Shown here in pieces: positions 29,779 through 38,359 of a stretch of DNA of 64,000 nucleotides (positions are counted from its first letter, which is position 1; every line of letters begins with the position of its first letter). The stretch covers positions 414,813 through 478,812 of the forward strand of contig CAVQZZ010000002.1 of NCBI GenBank assembly GCA_963718825.1, read 5' to 3'. Origin of the DNA: an uncultured Acidobacteriota bacterium. Its GTDB lineage: Bacteria > Acidobacteriota > Vicinamibacteria > Vicinamibacterales > CAVVIG01. Below the pieces are notes generated by a model, which did no database searches, had not been told where the DNA came from, and saw nothing but the letters and a program-made list of their open reading frames with translations. The position numbers and the translations under genes were made by a program.

Positions 29779-30345
29779 TCATGCGCGCGACTGGTATTCC
29801 CCGGTTTCCGTGTTCACGCGGACCTTGTCGCCTTCGTTCACGAACGGCGGCACCTGCACGACGAGCCCGGTCTCGAGCGTGGCCGGCTTGACCTGCGCGC
29901 TTGCCGTCGCACCCTTGATTCCCGGCGCTGTTTCCTTGACGAGGAGATCGACCGTTGGCGGCAGCTCGATCCCGACCGGTTCCACGTCGTAGAACTCGAC
30001 ACGGATCGTCATGTCGGGAATCAGATAATCCTTCGAATCGCCCAGCGCTTCCGCGGAGATGTGTATCTGCTCGAAATTCGACGTGTCCATGAAGTAGTAG
30101 TGGTCGCCGTCGTTGTACAGATAGTGCATCTCGCGCTCATCGAGGGTCGCGCGCTCCACGTCTTCTTCCGCTCGAAACTTGTGGTCGTTGAGCGTCGTCG
30201 TCCGAATGTTGCGCATCCGGACCTGGATGTGCGCGCGCTTGTTGCCGGGCGTGAGGTGATGCAGATCGAGGATGCGGAACAGGTCGTTCCCGACCTTGAT
30301 GAGCATGCCTTTTCGGAGCCGCGTTGCCTGTATCGATGACGCCAT
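29779..30345 (-). CDS. efp: Elongation factor P
   Basis: MASSIQATRLRKGMLIKVGNDLFRILDLHHLTPGNKRAHIQVRMRN...KPATLETGLVVQVPPFVNEGDKVRVNTETGEY. Start at the internal ATG of ORF 29779-30552. Confidence 0.95.
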   Translation of the reverse strand: MASSIQATRLRKGMLIKVGNDLFRILDLHHLTPGNKRAHIQVRMRNIRTTTLNDHKFRAEEDVERATLDEREMHYLYNDGDHYYFMDTSNFEQIHISAEALGDSKDYLIPDMTIRVEFYDVEPVGIELPPTVDLLVKETAPGIKGATASAQVKPATLETGLVVQVPPFVNEGDKVRVNTETGEYQSRA

Positions 30346-30379
30346 TTTTGTCTGTATATCCTTGCAATCGTAGCACATA

Positions 30380-30395
30380 TGGTTGGGCCCAACCA
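30380..30395. promoter_or_regulatory. Perfect 16-bp palindrome TGGTTGGGCCCAACCA in the efp/hsp20 divergent region
   Basis: The sequence equals its own reverse complement. It lies 11-20 nt upstream of the candidate hsp20 starts (ATG 30407 / GTG 30416). Confidence 0.5.
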
Positions 30396-30406
30396 AACAT
30401 GCTAGG

Positions 30407-30844
30407 ATGCGAAACGTGGCTTTCACGCGGTGGGATCCGTTGCGTGATCTGCTCGCATTGCACGAGCAGCTTGGCCAGCTTGTCGGCTCAGATGCTCCCG
30501 GCTGGATTCCGCCGGTCGACCTGTACGAAACCGCCGGCGAGTTCGTTCTCACCGCGGAACTTCCAGGCCTCTCACGCGATCAAATCGAAATCCACGCGGA
30601 GGACACACGCGTGACGATCCGCGGCGGCCGCGGCGAAGCGGCCTCGGGCGGCGAACGCAGCGCCGAGAGAATAAGCGAACAGTACCACCGCGTCGAGCGT
30701 GGCCACGGCCGCTTTTCGCGCGCCTTTCAACTGCCTGAGCCGATCGAAGTGACTGCGATCGCCGCCGACCTCAAAGACGGCGTGCTGACGGTGACGATCC
30801 CCAAGGCCGCAGGGCACGCGGCGCGACGCATCGACGTGAAATAA
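30407..30844 (+). CDS. Small heat-shock protein, Hsp20/alpha-crystallin family; start 30407 ATG or 30416 GTG
   Basis: WDPLRDLLALHEQL...PPVDLYETAGEFVLTAELPGLSRDQIEI...FSRAFQLPEPI...DGVLTVTIPK. Confidence 0.92.
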   Translation: MRNVAFTRWDPLRDLLALHEQLGQLVGSDAPGWIPPVDLYETAGEFVLTAELPGLSRDQIEIHAEDTRVTIRGGRGEAASGGERSAERISEQYHRVERGHGRFSRAFQLPEPIEVTAIAADLKDGVLTVTIPKAAGHAARRIDVK

Positions 30845-30856
30845 CGCACTGACCTC

Positions 30857-32066
30857 ATGATCCGCAGATTTTTTCTATCGTGTGCGCTCGTCGTCGCAGG
30901 ATTTGCCGGCGGCCTCGTGCTGACCGGCCGCATGCATACAGCCAGCGATTCGCGGGCGGCCGATTTCTCGCCCGCCTCGTCGGCGACCACCGGCGTGACC
31001 TCGCTCGGCGCCGCGTCGCAGACGCCGCGGCCCGGAAGCGCCGCGCCGAATGCCGTCGGTGGACCGGATTTCACTCACATCGCCGGCCAGGCCGTCAAAG
31101 GCGTCGCGAACATCTCGTCGCTGCAGGTGGTCCGCTCCGCGAACTCGCCGATGGCGCGCGACCCGTTCTTCCGCTACTTTTTTGGCGACGACGACATGTT
31201 CGGCGCGCGCGATCGGCGGTCGATGTCGCTCGGCTCGGGCGTCATCATCTCCGCCGATGGCTACGTCGTGACGAACAACCACGTCGTCGGCGAGAACATG
31301 CGCGAGATCACGGTTTCGCTGCCCGACAAGCGCGAGATCCAAGGCAAGGTCGTCGGCACCGATCCGGCGACCGACATCGCGCTCCTGAAGATCGACGTGA
31401 ACGGTCTGCCGGTCGTCGCCGTGGGGCGATTCGAGCAAGCTGCAGGTCGGCGAGTGGGTGCTGGCGATCGGCAGCCCGTTTCAACTGAGCCAGACGGTCA
31501 CGGCCGGCATCGTCAGCGCCATCGGCCGCGCGAGCCTGGGCTTCGCCGACTACGAAGATTTCATCCAGACCGACGCGGCGATCAATCCCGGAAATTCGGG
31601 CGGCGCGCTGATCAACACGCGCGGCGAGCTCGTCGGCATCAACACCGGCATCTACAGCGAGAGCGGCGGCTATCAGGGAATCGGATTCGCGGTGCCGAGC
31701 AATCTCGCGCGCCACGTCGTCGACGAGCTGCATGAAGTACGGCTCGGTGCAGCGCGGCACGGTCGATTTCATCATCGAGCGGCTCACGCCGGGCCTCGCG
31801 CAGGAAATCGGCGCGACCTCACCGCGGCGCGCGTCGTCACGCGGATGTACCGCGACTCGCCGTCCTACGACGCGGGGCTGCGGCCCGGCGACGTCGTCGT
31901 GGCTTTCAATGGTCAGCCGGTCGAGGATGCGTCGCATCTGAACAAATTGATCTTCGACTCCAAGATCGGGAGCAGCGCCACGTTCAAGGTCGTGCGCAAC
32001 GGCCGCACGCTCGAAATGAAAATTCCGATCGTCGCGGCGTCCAGCTCGCGCCGGCGCAGTCGCTGA
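30857..32066 (+). CDS. htrA: HtrA/DegP-family periplasmic serine protease with PDZ domain; three frame breaks near 31428, 31735 and 31810
   Basis: Catalytic triad contexts [31 protein letters not shown] segment [31 protein letters not shown]. Pieces lie in ORFs 30857-31735, 31458-32066 and 31732-31941. Confidence 0.9.
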
Positions 32067-32140
32067 TATCTCGGCCGATCAGTTCGATCGCTTCGCGGTT
32101 CGCGCTCGCTCGGATCCGGTCGCGCAGCGCGTCGCCGCCT

Positions 32141-32222
32141 TTTCTTACTGCTCGCGGGCCCCACCCCCGCTCGATAACACCTTCGCGCCGTTGCGCTCGG
32201 TGTATCAAGAACAGACGTCGCC
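32141..32222. repeat. Dispersed hairpin-repeat element, type B: head plus one module
   Basis: TTTCTTACTGCTCGCGGGCCCCACCCCCGCTCGATAACACCTTCGCGCCGTTGCGCTCGGTGTATCAAGAACAGACGTCGCC, between the convergent htrA and thrC stops. Confidence 0.85.
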
Positions 32223-32223
32223 G

Positions 32224-33477
32224 TTATGGACTATGCGCTCGCGACAGGGCCGCCGTTCTTGCGGCCCACCAGGCCTCGAATTCCTTAAGCGCGCGGCCGA
32301 GCCTGACCGGCGCGGTCAGACGATCACGAACAACCTCCGACGTCTTGTAACCGTTGCCCGTGATGCAGACGACGATCGATTCGTCCCGCGGAATGACGCC
32401 GCGCGCGATGAGATCGATGGTCGCGGCGAGCGTCGTCCCGCCCGCGGGCTCGGTAAAGATGCCTTCGGTCTCGGCGAGAATCTGAATGGCGTCCACGATT
32501 TGCTCGTCCGATACGGCCGCGGCGCTCCCGCATGTGCTTCTGATGCTTTCGAGCACCTGATAGCCGTCCGCCGGGTTGCCGATCGCGATCGATTTCGCAA
32601 TGGTGTTCGGCCGCACGGGTTCGGGATGCTCGAGTCCCGCCTCCAGTGCATGCACGACCGGCGCGCAGCCTGCGGCCTGGGCAGCATACATTCGCGGCAG
32701 CTCGCCTTCGGCGAGACCGACTTCGCGCAGCTCGCGGAACGCACGAAGGATGCGCGGCAGCAGCGTTCCCCCGGCGACAGGTGAAATCACGTGGCCGGGA
32801 TAGCGCCAGCCAAGCTGCTCGACGATCTCGAAGCCGAGCGTTTTCGCACCCTCGGCGTAGTACGAGCGCAAATTGATGTTGACGAATCCCCACCCGTAGC
32901 GATCCGCCACCTGCGTACAGAGCCGGTTCACATCGTCGTAGTTGCCGGCGACCGCGAGCACTGTCGGCCGGAAGATCGCGGATCCGAGAATCTTGGCGGG
33001 TTCGAGACTATCGGGAATGAACACGCAACATTCGACGCCAAGCCTCGCCGCGTGCGCGGCGACGCTGTTCGCGAGATTGCCGGTCGATGCGCAGGCGAGC
33101 ACGTCGAACCCGAGTTCAACGGCGCGCGTCGCGGCGACCGACACCACGCGATCCTTGTACGACAGCGTCGGATGATTCACCGAGTCGTCCTTGATGTACA
33201 GCTCGCTGACGCCGAGCCGCTGCGCGAGTCGGTCGCACCGGACGAGCGGAGTAAACCCGGAGTTGAAACCAGTGCGCGGCTCTCCGGCGATCGGCAGCAA
33301 CTCGCGATAGCGCCAGAGGTTCTTCGGGCGGGCGCCGATCTCGGCTCGCGTAACGTTCACGGCGCTGTAGTCATACGCCGGCTCCAGCGGGCCGAGGCAG
33401 CGGTCGCAGACATAGAGCGCTTCCGCGGGGAACATCGTCTTGCATAGATGACATTGCAGTCCAATCAACGCGCTCAT
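32224..33477 (-). CDS. thrC: Threonine synthase
   Basis: Intact 417-aa ORF. N-terminal Cys cluster CHLC...CDRC. PLP-lysine context NHPTLSYKDRVVS. Confidence 0.93.
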   Translation of the reverse strand: MSALIGLQCHLCKTMFPAEALYVCDRCLGPLEPAYDYSAVNVTRAEIGARPKNLWRYRELLPIAGEPRTGFNSGFTPLVRCDRLAQRLGVSELYIKDDSVNHPTLSYKDRVVSVAATRAVELGFDVLACASTGNLANSVAAHAARLGVECCVFIPDSLEPAKILGSAIFRPTVLAVAGNYDDVNRLCTQVADRYGWGFVNINLRSYYAEGAKTLGFEIVEQLGWRYPGHVISPVAGGTLLPRILRAFRELREVGLAEGELPRMYAAQAAGCAPVVHALEAGLEHPEPVRPNTIAKSIAIGNPADGYQVLESIRSTCGSAAAVSDEQIVDAIQILAETEGIFTEPAGGTTLAATIDLIARGVIPRDESIVVCITGNGYKTSEVVRDRLTAPVRLGRALKEFEAWWAARTAALSRAHSP

Positions 33478-34603
33478 AACACCTCCGCGGCCAGATCGCG
33501 ACCGACGACAACACCATTGAAACCACCCAGACGTTCGGGGCTCCCGTCGAGAGCAGCGCCACGCTCGTCCATGCGTCGGACACCAACAACATGGCGCGGC
33601 GTCGACAGCGAGGGCGCCGGAACGATGGCCGCCCGATCTCGCGCGAGCGTCTGCAGGTCGCCGATGATCGCGACCGCCGTCGCATCGCCGCCTGCGCCCA
33701 GGCCGGATATCTGCACGTCGCCGCCAAACTCACCGGTCACGACAGCCGCGTTTGTTGCGAAGGTGGTTCGGCCGAAGAACGAATCGCGACGGACGTGCGC
33801 GGGAGCCACCCACGCGGTGAGCTCGCCGCCGCCGCGCTCGAAGGCCGCGAACGCCAGCTGACGGATCGTCGCACCCCGACGATGCGCGTCGGCGAAATCG
33901 ATGCTGGTGAGGTGCGCGACCGACCGCGTCTCGATCGCCGATGGAGCGACGCGCAGGCCGAAGGCGAGCGTGCATAGAATCGGCGAGCTTCGCGGCCGCG
34001 TCGCTGCCGTCGATATCGGCGCTCGGATCGGCCTCCGCGAAGCCCTGCGAGCGCGCCTCCTCCAACGCACTTCCCACCGAGCACCCGGCCGCGTCGATCC
34101 GCGAGAGGACGACATTGGTGGTGCCGTTCAGGATGCCGATGATGCGCTGAATGCGGTCGCCAGCGAGGCCTTCCGAGAATCGCTCGGACGATCGGCATCG
34201 CGCCGCCGACCGCGGCTTCGAACCGCAGCTGCCGGCCCTGGCGCGCCGCGAGCGCCTGAAGCGAGGGCCCGTGATGGGCCACCGCCTGTTTGTTGGAGGT
34301 GACGACCGACTTCCCCGCGAGCAAGCCGCGCCGGATCCAGTCCGCGGCGGGGTCGACACCGCCGACCGCCTCGACAATCACGTCGACGTTCGACGTCAGC
34401 ACGTCGTCGATCCGGTCGGTCCAGACGAGGTCGGGGTTCCCGGGGTGCTCGGCTTCGAAGATGCGCCGCTTGTACGGCGCGCGACGGTCGAAGATGTGTG
34501 TGAGCGCGAGGTTGGGGATGCGATGGTGAACGAGGCGGCGCGCGACGGCCGAGCCGACCGTGCCGAAACCGACGAGACCAATACGACAGGACGCGGGACT
34601 CAT
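33474..34603 (-). CDS. hom: Homoserine dehydrogenase; two frame breaks near 34195 and 33975
   Basis: IGLVGFGTVGSAV (NAD-binding), VVTSNKQAVAHHG, FEAAVGGAMPIV, then ILNGTTNVVLS...ARSQGFAEADPSADIDGSDAAAKLA, then an ACT-like C-terminus. Pieces in ORFs 33737-34651, 33730-34377 and 33474-34115. Confidence 0.9.
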
Positions 34604-34739
34604 GTGCTCCTCATCTCTCCCCGAACCGCGGTCCGGGGCAGGATTTGGCACCTGGACGCGGGCAATGCGCCCGCCGGTTGCCGTGGCGTCTTCGGGCCTG
34701 TCCCTCAGCCACTCTGGATGAAAAGTTCAGCTACTGATA

Positions 34740-34769
34740 TCTATACATCTACATAAGGTGATACGTCAA
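34740..34769 (-). promoter_or_regulatory. Sigma-70-like promoter candidate for hom-thrC (TTGACG-N18-TATAGA)
   Basis: Minus strand reads cTTGACGtatcaccttatgtagatgTATAGAtatc in an AT-rich patch about 135 nt upstream of the hom ATG. The -35 overlaps the sir stop codon. Confidence 0.3.
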
Positions 34770-36602
34770 GCCGAGCACTCTCCTTCCATGACCTCCGGCG
34801 CGAACGCCGCGTCCTCCGCGAGATCGATGAAGTCCTCCGCCTGCGGACCGCTGTCGGCAAACTGCTCCAGATCCACCAGCGCGCTCCTGACGACGGCGAG
34901 ATCGATACGGCCGAAAAATGTCGTCGCCGACTCCCCAGGTCCACGCTCGCGCGCATAGAGCGCGATCAGCCGCTCGACCGACGTCGGGAATCCGGCGCGC
35001 CGGAATTTTCGCGGCGAGCCGCGCAAAAGCGGCGCCGCCATCGACCATGCCGCCGCCGACCATGACGAAATACTGCGGGACCGCGCGGCCATGGACGCGC
35101 CGCACGCTGCCCTGAAACCCGAACGTGGCGATGTGATGCTGACCGCACCCATTCGGGCAGCCGCTGATCTTGATGCGGGCGCCGTCGGCGGCGGCAATGA
35201 GGTCCGGCCGCGAACGCAGGTGGTCTTCGAGCAGCCTGCCGAGCCCGCGTGACTGCGTGACCGCAAGGCGGCAGGTCTCGGCGCCCGGGCAGCTCGCGAC
35301 GTCGGCAACCGTCGCCGCCTCGGCAAGCCCGAGCCCCGCCGCCGCGAGCCGACGATAGAGCTGCCGCACGTCGGAGGCGTTGACCCATCGAAACAAGAGG
35401 TCCTGATCGAGCGTGACACGCACCGTCCCGTCGCCGTACGCGCACGCAAGCTCGCCGAGAACCCGGAGCTGCTCGCTCGAGAGATCGCCGAGCGGGACCG
35501 TGGCGACCGCGATCGAAAATCCAAATTGCTTTTGCGGCCGCACGTTCGTCGTTCGCCACCGCGAGTACATCTCGTCGCTCGAATTGAACACCGGCACGAT
35601 CACCGGCGTGAGGCCGGGCCCCGCGACTCGCCCCGCCCCCACGCGTGCGGCGACATAGCCGACCGAGGGCGACGATTCCGGCTCCCAGTCGGGCCGACTC
35701 TCGGCTGCCGGCGGCGCGATGTCGAGCGTCGGCACGGCACCGCGCAAACGGCACGCCGCGAGCGCGAGATCGTATTCCTCCCGCCACCGCGCCCAGCCGA
35801 GCGAGCGGATCATGAACTTCATGCGGTTCCGCTGCTTGTGCTGGTAATCGCCGAATCGCGCGAACACGGTGAGCACCGCTTCGGCCACCCGCAAGATCTC
35901 GGACGCCGGCAGGAATTCGTGCAGCACGCTCGCCGACGTCGGCATGATGGACGTGCCACCGCCGGCAATCACTCGGAACCCTCGGCTCTCGTCGCGGCCG
36001 AGCACCGCGTGAAACGCGAGATCGTTGATCGCGGCGGCGACGTGATCCTCGGGGCATCCCTCGAACGCAATCTTGAACTTGCGCGGCAACGTGGAACTGA
36101 GCGGGTGGCGCAGCAGGTACCGGGTCAGCGCTTCCGCGTACGGGGTCACGTCGAAGCGCTCGTCATGCGCGACGCCAGCATAAGGGCACGCGGTGATGTT
36201 GCGCACCGAGTTGCCGCACGCTTCTCGCGTCGTGAGGCCTGCGTCGGCAAGCCGCTGCATCGCCCGCTCGACATCGTGAAGCTTTACGAAATGGAATTGC
36301 AGATTCTGCCGCGTGGTGATGTGGCCGAACCCGCGCGAATAACGCTCGGCCACGTCTGCGAGCGCGCGGAGCTGATCGCCGGTCAGGATGCCCTGCGGGA
36401 TCTTGACGCGAAGCATCTGCGCGTCAGCAGCCTGCCGCTGTCCGTATGTGCCGCGGACGAGCCGGAATTGCCGCCACTGTTCCGCCGTCAACTCACCGCG
36501 CTCATACCGCTCGAGGGTGGTGACGAACTCGTCGATGTCCGCTTCGCTCGCGAACGATAGTCGTGCGCGGCCGAACGTCCGGGACTCGCTTGTTACCGTC
36601 AT
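34766..36602 (-). CDS. Assimilatory sulfite (or nitrite) reductase, ferredoxin-dependent siroheme/4Fe-4S type; frame break near 34990
   Basis: Two NIR_SIR halves (TTRQNLQFHF..., REACGNSVRNITACP) and cluster-binding CPGAETC ... GCPNGCGQH. The C-terminus continues in ORF 34766-35524 (FPTSVERLIALYARERGPGESATTFFGRI). Confidence 0.9.
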
Positions 36603-36618
36603 CTGATTGACCTCATCA

Positions 36619-36812
36619 ATCCTCGCGGGGCCCCACCCCCGCTCGATAACACCTCGCGCCGTCGCGCTCGGTGTATCCAGAACAGAACGTCACCGCAGCC
36701 CGCCGGCCGATACCGCTTTCGCGGTGCAGCGCTCGGTGTATCCAGAACAGAACCTCACAGCGCGCCCCCTCCCGATACCGCCTTCGCACCGTTGCGCTCG
36801 CCGTAATCAGGA
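36619..36812. repeat. Dispersed hairpin-repeat element, type B: head plus three tandem modules
   Basis: ATCCTCGCGGGGCCCCACCCCCGCTCGATAAC, then modules GATA(A)C.CC..CGC....GCGCTCGGTGTATCCAGAACAGAAC(G/C)TCAC x2 plus a degenerate third. Lies between the sir start and the cobA end. Confidence 0.85.
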
Positions 36813-36864
36813 CGGGACATCTCCGAAGGCATGCCCACCAAGTCCAGCGCGGCTACGTCGCCAA

Positions 36865-37560
36865 TCACAATCGTGCCGGGTCCACCGATGGCGACGTCCG
36901 TGCGATTGACGCGAGGTCGTCAAGCGTGCCGCGCCATACCTGTTGGTCCGCACGCGACGCGTCGACGACGACGGCCGCGGGCGTCCTGCGGCGCCAGCCG
37001 CATTCGATGAGCGCCCATGCGATCGGCTCGAGCCGGCGAAGGCCCATCAGGACGACGACCGTGACGGCATTCGGTTTCAACCCCTGAACCGCTGCTGAGA
37101 ACGCGGCGTCGTCGTGTCCACTCACGACGAGAAACGCGGACGACATGCCGCGGTGCGTCACAGGAATGCCCGCGAGCGCCGGAGCAGCGACGGCATTCGA
37201 CACACCCGGCACGACATCGAACGGAATGCCCGCCGCGCGCAGCGCGAGCGCTTCTTCCCCGCCTCGGCCGAATACGAACGGATCGCCGCCCTTCAACCGC
37301 ACGACGCGACGGCCGCGGCGCGCCGCGCGGACCAGCAGCGTGTTGATCTCCGGCTGGGTGAGCGCATGCCGGCCGGCGCGCTTGCCAACAAAAAACTTCT
37401 GCGCGCGACGCGCAAGTTTGAGGATGTGCGGATCCACGAGCGCGTCGTACAGAACGAGGTCGGCCGCCCGCAGCCGCGCGACCGCTCTGCGTGTAAGGAG
37501 CCCGGGATCGCCCGGTCCCGCGCCGACGAGTGAGACATGTCCTGGCATCGTTTTCACCAC
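36865..37560 (-). CDS. cobA: Uroporphyrinogen-III C-methyltransferase (SUMT); probable frame break near 36900 so true stop may be near 36757
   Basis: VSLVGAGPGDPGLLT, VVRLKGGDPFVFGRGGEE, GIPVTHRG. After GTLDDLA the +1 frame gives the expected GPGTIVIGDVAALDLVG. Confidence 0.9.
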   Translation of the reverse strand: MVKTMPGHVSLVGAGPGDPGLLTRRAVARLRAADLVLYDALVDPHILKLARRAQKFFVGKRAGRHALTQPEINTLLVRAARRGRRVVRLKGGDPFVFGRGGEEALALRAAGIPFDVVPGVSNAVAAPALAGIPVTHRGMSSAFLVVSGHDDAAFSAAVQGLKPNAVTVVVLMGLRRLEPIAWALIECGWRRRTPAAVVVDASRADQQVWRGTLDDLASIARTSPSVDPARL

Positions 37561-37563
37561 GGC

Positions 37564-38139
37564 TCACGCGCCTCCGCTCGATACCGGTTTCGCGTCCTCG
37601 CACCCGGCCGCGGGCTGTTCGTGGCGCCCGTCGTCGGATCTGGCGTACAGCCGGTTCAGCGCGTCGAGCAGCAATGGACGACGCGACTCGAATGGCACGC
37701 CGTCGCGCCGCCAGATCGCGCGCTGACCCTTGGCCTCTTCAACCCACTTCCCGACTTCGCTCGGCAGCACATCGTCGAGCGCTTCGCGCAGCAATCCCGT
37801 GAGCCCCGGCGCGGACCCTTCAGTGGATATCGCGATGGTGACGCCCTCACGACGGACGACGCCGCTCAGGTACGCCGTGGCGTGCGGCGGGTCGTCCGCG
37901 GCGTTCACAAAAACACGCCGCGTCTCGGCGGCACGCGCGACCGCCTCGTTTACCGCCGCATCAGCCGCGGTCACGACGAGCCATGCATCGTCGAGCTGGA
38001 TCGCGTCGAAGCGCGACGACGGCACGTCGAGGACGTCCGCGCCCGCTGCGACGAGCAACTCGCGTTTCGCCGCGGCGACCGCGCCGTCGCCGACGAGCAC
38101 GACGCGGCGTCCGGTGAGATTCAGAAAGAGAGGCAACAT
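37564..38139 (-). CDS. sirC: Precorrin-2 dehydrogenase / sirohydrochlorin ferrochelatase (siroheme synthase N-terminal-domain type)
   Basis: MLPLFLNLTGRRVVLVGDGAVAAAKRELLVAAGADV (Rossmann), VNAADDP, ISTEGSAPGL. The ORF track starts at TTG 38151. Confidence 0.85.
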   Translation of the reverse strand: MLPLFLNLTGRRVVLVGDGAVAAAKRELLVAAGADVLDVPSSRFDAIQLDDAWLVVTAADAAVNEAVARAAETRRVFVNAADDPPHATAYLSGVVRREGVTIAISTEGSAPGLTGLLREALDDVLPSEVGKWVEEAKGQRAIWRRDGVPFESRRPLLLDALNRLYARSDDGRHEQPAAGCEDAKPVSSGGA

Positions 38140-38157
38140 AAGCACGACCAACGACGG

Positions 38158-38195
38158 TACAAAGAAAAAGCCCGGGAAGCGCGAACCTCCCGGGC
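38158..38195 (-). terminator. Intrinsic terminator/attenuator hairpin in the leader of sirC-cobA-sir
   Basis: Minus strand: GCCCGGGAGG-TTCGCG-CTTCCCGGGC (10 bp including one G-U pair) followed by TTTTTCTTTGT. It ends ~10-20 nt before the sirC start, and no upstream gene on this strand needs terminating. Confidence 0.65.
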
Positions 38196-38225
38196 CTTGG
38201 TCTTAAGCGAGTGTGGTGAAAGACG

Positions 38226-38306
38226 TTACATGGTCGATCGCACGCACGCAGCTAGACGGTTGGCGCAGGGGCTCGCGGAGCCCTCGCAACAACAGCAGCT
38301 ACACAT
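38226..38306 (-). CDS. Putative Cys-rich leader peptide MCSCCCCEGSASPCANRLAACVRSTM
   Basis: ATG TGT AGC TGC TGT TGT TGC ... ATG TAA read directly from the reverse complement of 38226-38306. 7 Cys in 26 aa. The stop lies ~30 nt before the terminator stem. Confidence 0.5.
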   Translation of the reverse strand: MCSCCCCEGSASPCANRLAACVRSTM

Positions 38307-38359
38307 GCACGCGCTCTGACCCTTCACGATGTCACTACTTCTACTCTAAACTTGCCCTC

